A DNA stretch of 58,920 nt from a bacterium (lineage in GTDB: Bacteria; Patescibacteriota; Minisyncoccia; UBA6257; 2-01-FULL-56-20): NCBI GenBank assembly GCA_027310625.1, contig DAIDAM010000014.1, positions 1-58,920 on the forward strand. The letters are read 5' to 3'. Below are positions 55,766 to 58,920 of the stretch, in pieces. Both the position numbers and the translations under genes were made by a program. Position 1 is the stretch's first letter. Every line of letters starts with the position of its first letter. A model generated the notes under the pieces. It saw only the letters and a list, made by a program, of their open reading frames with translations. It had not been told where the DNA came from and made no database searches.

Positions 55766-56653
55766 ATGAAAATACTGATCATTACGGGCGGATCCTCGTC
55801 GGAAAGAAAAATATCTCTAATCTCGGCTCGCGCCGTTAAGAATGCACTGGAAACCAAAGGCCATGATGCGGTTTTGTTCGATTTTAAAAAAGGTTATCCG
55901 GCTATGAAAACTCTTTTAAAAGAATTTGAAATGGTATTTCCAGTAATGCACGGCAAGGAAGGCGAGGATGGAAACTTGTACCGCTTCCTGCGCTCGTTAA
56001 AAAAGCCCTATATTGGTTCCCACCCCGAAGGCGCTAAAGTAGCTTTCAACAAAATCCTCTTCAAAAGATATTGCGGCAGCAAACATATTCCTACGGCGCA
56101 TTGGAAAATCATTAAAACTAAAGGGGATATTATCCGATTCGGTTTCCCGTGCGTTCTTAAAGCCGCTTACGGTGGTTCATCGCACGAGGTGGACGTGCTG
56201 CATTCGAAAAAAGAACTTTCGAGAGCGCAGGTAAAAAAGATACTGGCTCTTCCTCATAGATGTTATGCGGAAAAACTTATCAAGGGTCCTGAAATAACTG
56301 CCGGCGTCCTCCATGGTAAAACGCTTCCGATTGTTGAAATTGTCCCGCCCAAAGGAGGATGGTTTAATTACAAAAATAAATATTCCGGTGAATCTAAAGA
56401 AATTCCCTTTGCGCCCTCGGTGGATAAAAAGGTTCAAAAGCGCGCGCAAAAAATTGCCCTGCGCATTCATAAAGACCTCGACCTCGGCAGCTACTCCCGG
56501 GCCGATTTCATTGTCGAAAACGGCATCCCTTATATTCTTGAAATCAATACGCCGGGAGGCGTAGGGCTCACGTCGGAGAGTTTGCTCCCCAAAGCCGCGA
56601 AGGCAGTGGGTATCACGTTTGAAGAATTAGTGGAGAGGATGCTTGAGCCATAA
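55766..56653 (+). CDS. ddl: D-alanine--D-alanine ligase
   Basis: MKILIITGGSSSERKISL, HGKEGEDG, an ATP-grasp core, NYKNKYSG (the Lys-Tyr pair retained in the omega loop) and ILEINTPGG. Confidence 0.9.
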   Translation: MKILIITGGSSSERKISLISARAVKNALETKGHDAVLFDFKKGYPAMKTLLKEFEMVFPVMHGKEGEDGNLYRFLRSLKKPYIGSHPEGAKVAFNKILFKRYCGSKHIPTAHWKIIKTKGDIIRFGFPCVLKAAYGGSSHEVDVLHSKKELSRAQVKKILALPHRCYAEKLIKGPEITAGVLHGKTLPIVEIVPPKGGWFNYKNKYSGESKEIPFAPSVDKKVQKRAQKIALRIHKDLDLGSYSRADFIVENGIPYILEINTPGGVGLTSESLLPKAAKAVGITFEELVERMLEP

Positions 56654-56768
56654 AAATAAGTATTCCGAGCGAATAGTTGCCCAAGGCGCAAAAACAAAAA
56701 TTTGACTTTTTGTTGTTTTTGTATAATGCTTTATTCGGCAACACCAACAAACCAAATAGAGGAGAGAC

Positions 56769-56948
56769 ATGAAAGAGGAAAAAGTGATCAACGGCCGCGC
56801 TGCGATGACGGCGGAAACAATCCAAAAAATCGTTGCAGGCGAAATCAAGTTGAACCTGCCAGGCGCGGGCCAGCCCAACCGCCACGCCAAAAAAATCCTC
56901 ACAAAGGGGATTAGGCAGGCAAAACACAAGAAACCGATCAGGGTGTAA
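56769..56948 (+). CDS. 59-aa basic hypothetical protein
   Basis: ATG at 56769 is preceded by GGAGAG and the ORF ends at a TAA. A strong terminator follows. It is below the ORF-track cut-off. Confidence 0.4.
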   Translation: MKEEKVINGRAAMTAETIQKIVAGEIKLNLPGAGQPNRHAKKILTKGIRQAKHKKPIRV

Positions 56949-56971
56949 TAAGAATGCGAGGAAAGGAGGGA

Positions 56972-57001
56972 AGGGCGCCGCTTCGGCGGCCCTTTTATTT
57001 T
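56972..57001 (+). terminator. Intrinsic terminator
   Basis: Stem agggcgccg, loop cttc, stem ggcggccct, followed by tttatttt. Confidence 0.65.
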
Positions 57002-57003
57002 CA

Positions 57004-57036
57004 CCCTCCTAAATTTCTTTCAGAAATTTTGGAGGG
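57004..57036. repeat. CCCTCC..GGAGGG hairpin family
   Basis: Sequence is ccctcctaaatttctttcagaaattttggaggg. It is followed at 57037-57080 by ctgcgt/cagcgt/ccgcat word repeats. Confidence 0.65.
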
Positions 57037-57080
57037 TAAATCTGCGTCAGTCAGCGTTAAGTCAGCGTAAGTCCGCATAA

Positions 57081-58280
57081 TTACTTCATCACCTTCCACA
57101 AGAGCGGGTCCTGTTCGCCATCCAGTTTGAAAAACGCGACGCCGCGGAGTCCCATTTTTTTGGCGATGGCTATCGCATTGGCGGCGGAACGCGAGTCGGT
57201 AAACGAAACGAAGCGCGTGTAAAGCCCCTGCGCGCTGGTGGAAGCGATGAAAGCGGGAATGGTTGAGGTTATATTCCACGTCAAGACGGACGACACTCCG
57301 CCGTACTCCTCAATAGAAGTGCTCGTGGCGTAAGCGAAACTCAATTCGCCGGCGCTGTTCGGCATCGGAATCGCGCCGACTTTCACGGCTCTGTCCAAGG
57401 CCTGGAAGAAAGTGTGGCTGCGGAGGCGTTTGTACGTTGTGTAGCCGTCTTTCCAACTTACTTCGTATTCGTAGCCGTAGGTCGGAATCCCGAGCATTAT
57501 TTTTTTCGGGCTGATGTATTTCAGGGCCTCCTGAATTGTTTTCTTCGCCCACTCCGGGTCGGAAACGGGAGCATAGAGCGTTCCGTTGCCCTTTTTGCCG
57601 TCAAGTTTTCCGTCAACGAGCCCCTGGTCGTAAGCCATTATGCGCACCTCGTCGCAGTACTTGTTGAGAATTTTATAATCGTTTGCGACTCTCGTATCGT
57701 CGGGCACGCCGTTGGTCACAACACTGAGAAGGTCATTCAGCGGCGTTCTTGCTTCCACCGTGCAGGAAAGAATTTTTCCGAGCGGACGAAGACGGAGCGA
57801 GAGACCGTAAATGAAAGTTGAAAAATAATCCTTCGTTTCCGGCAGTTTCGATTCGTAATCAATGTCTATGCCGCCAAATTTCATGTCCTTCACAAGTTTC
57901 GCGATGGCGTCCTCGTGGGCGATTCTCTTTTTTTTGTCTTTGAGGAGATTCTGAATCGCCGGACCGTCAAACCAGGCAATCGTGGGAATAATCTTGACCT
58001 TCGCATCTTTCACGGCTTTGAGCCACACGGGCCAAAATCCTTCCGTAAGCTTGAGTTTATCAACCAGGGTTCCATCGGATTTAACCTCATAAGAAAAAGG
58101 GCTTAATTCCTGAAATTTATAAAGATTGCCCGAAATGTCCTGCGCTCCGTCCTGTTTTTTCCAAAACGGCAGCCAACCGGCGTAGTAAAATTGTTGCGTT
58201 GCAGCAAATCCTGTGGACGCAGTTAAAAATGAAATTCCAAAAAGAATGAAAATAAGAATCGCCGCTCGCTTTACAAACAT
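57081..58280 (-). CDS. secreted glycoside hydrolase family 18 (chitinase-like)
   Basis: A signal peptide and FGGIDIDYE (the DxxDxDxE catalytic motif). Confidence 0.8.
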   Translation of the reverse strand: MFVKRAAILIFILFGISFLTASTGFAATQQFYYAGWLPFWKKQDGAQDISGNLYKFQELSPFSYEVKSDGTLVDKLKLTEGFWPVWLKAVKDAKVKIIPTIAWFDGPAIQNLLKDKKKRIAHEDAIAKLVKDMKFGGIDIDYESKLPETKDYFSTFIYGLSLRLRPLGKILSCTVEARTPLNDLLSVVTNGVPDDTRVANDYKILNKYCDEVRIMAYDQGLVDGKLDGKKGNGTLYAPVSDPEWAKKTIQEALKYISPKKIMLGIPTYGYEYEVSWKDGYTTYKRLRSHTFFQALDRAVKVGAIPMPNSAGELSFAYATSTSIEEYGGVSSVLTWNITSTIPAFIASTSAQGLYTRFVSFTDSRSAANAIAIAKKMGLRGVAFFKLDGEQDPLLWKVMK

Positions 58281-58342
58281 ATTTTGTATTATGCCTCTTG
58301 ATGGATATTTATAGCAAGAAGTATCGATTCAAAGTCTATGTC

Positions 58343-58368
58343 CTCATTCGCGCGAATGGTGGAATGAG
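58343..58368. repeat. 26-bp hairpin element CTCATTCGCGCGAATGGTGGAATGAG
   Basis: Identical to 33704-33729. Confidence 0.75.
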
Positions 58369-58410
58369 GAGTACTTGCGATGATGATGAAATAAAGCGGA
58401 AATTTTGCAA

Positions 58411-58472
58411 ATAAAAGGCCACCTCCTTTTTTCGTCTGCCTCTTGTCAGACGCTCTTTCGAGAGAGGTGGCC
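58411..58472 (-). terminator. Long hairpin terminator
   Basis: Stem ggccacctc (58417-58425) pairs with gaggtggcc (58464-58472). On the minus strand the hairpin is followed by ttttat. Confidence 0.45.
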
Positions 58473-58532
58473 TCTTCTTGCTTTACCGGCTATCGGCCGA
58501 CATCGGCCGATGCCGGTGCCCGCGCGCAGCGG

Positions 58533-58691
58533 CTAGGCGGTGTTGCCCTGGTTGTTGTCGCCCGAGGCGCCGATCTGGTCGGTGATCGAATTGACGTTGA
58601 CGATCAAACCCTCCTGAGTCTGCGGCTTGCCCGGATTGCCGGCGAGTTGGGCGTTGATGTCCTTCGGGGGTGCTGCGGTGCTCCGTTTCAT
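58533..58691 (-). CDS. GC-rich 52-aa hypothetical peptide
   Basis: ATG at 58691 preceded by AAGGAG. The product is MKRSTAAPPKDINAQLAGNPGKPQTQEGLIVNVNSITDQIGASGDNNQGNTA. The two longer overlapping track ORFs are in other frames and lack start signals. Confidence 0.35.
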   Translation of the reverse strand: MKRSTAAPPKDINAQLAGNPGKPQTQEGLIVNVNSITDQIGASGDNNQGNTA

Positions 58692-58745
58692 GACGGCTCC
58701 TTTCTGGTTGAGCGCCCCATGCCGCTACTTCAGGGTGCTGGCGCC

Positions 58746-58774
58746 ATAGTAACATATACCAGCAAATAATGCAA
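58746..58774 (-). promoter_or_regulatory. Candidate promoter TTGCAT-N17-TACTAT
   Basis: Minus-strand reading, upstream of 58691. Confidence 0.4.
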
Positions 58775-58823
58775 ATCATCGTTATGGTTCAATAGCTTGG
58801 AAACACCCATCATCGTTTAGACT

Positions 58824-58920
58824 ATGAAAATGGCATATTCAAAAAATCCCTACCTGCCGCGCGTGCGTCGAGACGCAGCGGACCTGGTACGAAGAGGGTG
58901 GGGCGTTAGAAGGGTGGCGA
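58824..58920 (+). CDS. N-terminal fragment of an HTH protein, possibly a transposase (continues beyond window)
   Basis: MKMAYSKNPYLPRVRRDAADLVRRGWGVRRVA resembles the HTH N-termini of IS481/IS3-type transposases. Only 32 codons are visible. Confidence 0.3.
   Translation, partial: MKMAYSKNPYLPRVRRDAADLVRRGWGVRRVA

Noticed and set aside
58443-58779. The two long overlapping ORFs from the track (58443-58769 on the plus strand and 58483-58779 on the minus strand).
   Set aside because: Neither has a ribosome-binding site or promoter. Both look like open frames created by high GC content. Only the shorter third-frame ORF 58533-58691 has a Shine-Dalgarno site, a promoter and a terminator.
1-58920. 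Genome-wide UGA recoding (genetic code 4 or 25), prompted by the in-frame TGA in the NYN gene.
   Set aside because: Several well-conserved genes end precisely at TGA at the expected C-terminus: ychF at 24025-24027, secA at 9839-9841 and the HIT gene at 42853-42855. No other conserved gene in the window needs TGA read-through.

Overview
This window is a gene-dense chromosomal segment with the look of a small, reduced bacterial genome. I infer Patescibacteria/CPR-like from the gene content and short gene versions; this is not proven.

Most of it is housekeeping: yvcK-like, glmS, tpiA, murB, hpf, secA, nth, tsaC, pgeF, gdh, ychF, recR, dnaB, cysS, corA-like, rpsA, rnhB, nusB, rnc, a short smc, rplJ-rplL, xerC/D-like, grpE-dnaK, pfkB-family kinase, class II fba, dnaJ, a vanX-like dipeptidase with ddl, a GH18 enzyme, tRNA-Val and tRNA-Lys. 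I saw no rRNA and no CRISPR array.

The unusual signal lies between and inside the genes rather than in the gene list:
1. There are at least eight families of short palindromic or inverted-repeat elements. Several are inserted in frame, without stops, into highly conserved proteins (GlmS, TpiA, MurB, SecA, Nth, GDH, DnaK, DnaJ, RNase HII, a nuclease and others). This resembles Rickettsia palindromic elements, but the sequences are different and much shorter.
2. Patches of degenerate 'word' repeats occur in both coding and intergenic DNA.
3. A 38-bp palindrome carrying back-to-back extended -10 boxes sits mostly just upstream of gene starts.
4. A polar 25-bp palindrome flanks a tyrosine recombinase gene and forms an inverted pair around a ~120-bp AT-rich segment, which is a candidate invertible switch.
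5. An intact tRNA-Lys lies nested between the 5' and 3' halves of a second tRNA-Lys-like gene, whose T-loop is also interrupted.
6. Six visibly GC-rich monocistronic cassettes each have their own TTGAC-N16/17 -10 promoter, Shine-Dalgarno site and intrinsic terminator.
7. A low-GC islet holds a NYN-domain gene interrupted by an in-frame TGA and bracketed by 18-bp direct repeats.

All functional calls rest on reading the translated motifs by eye. No database search was possible.
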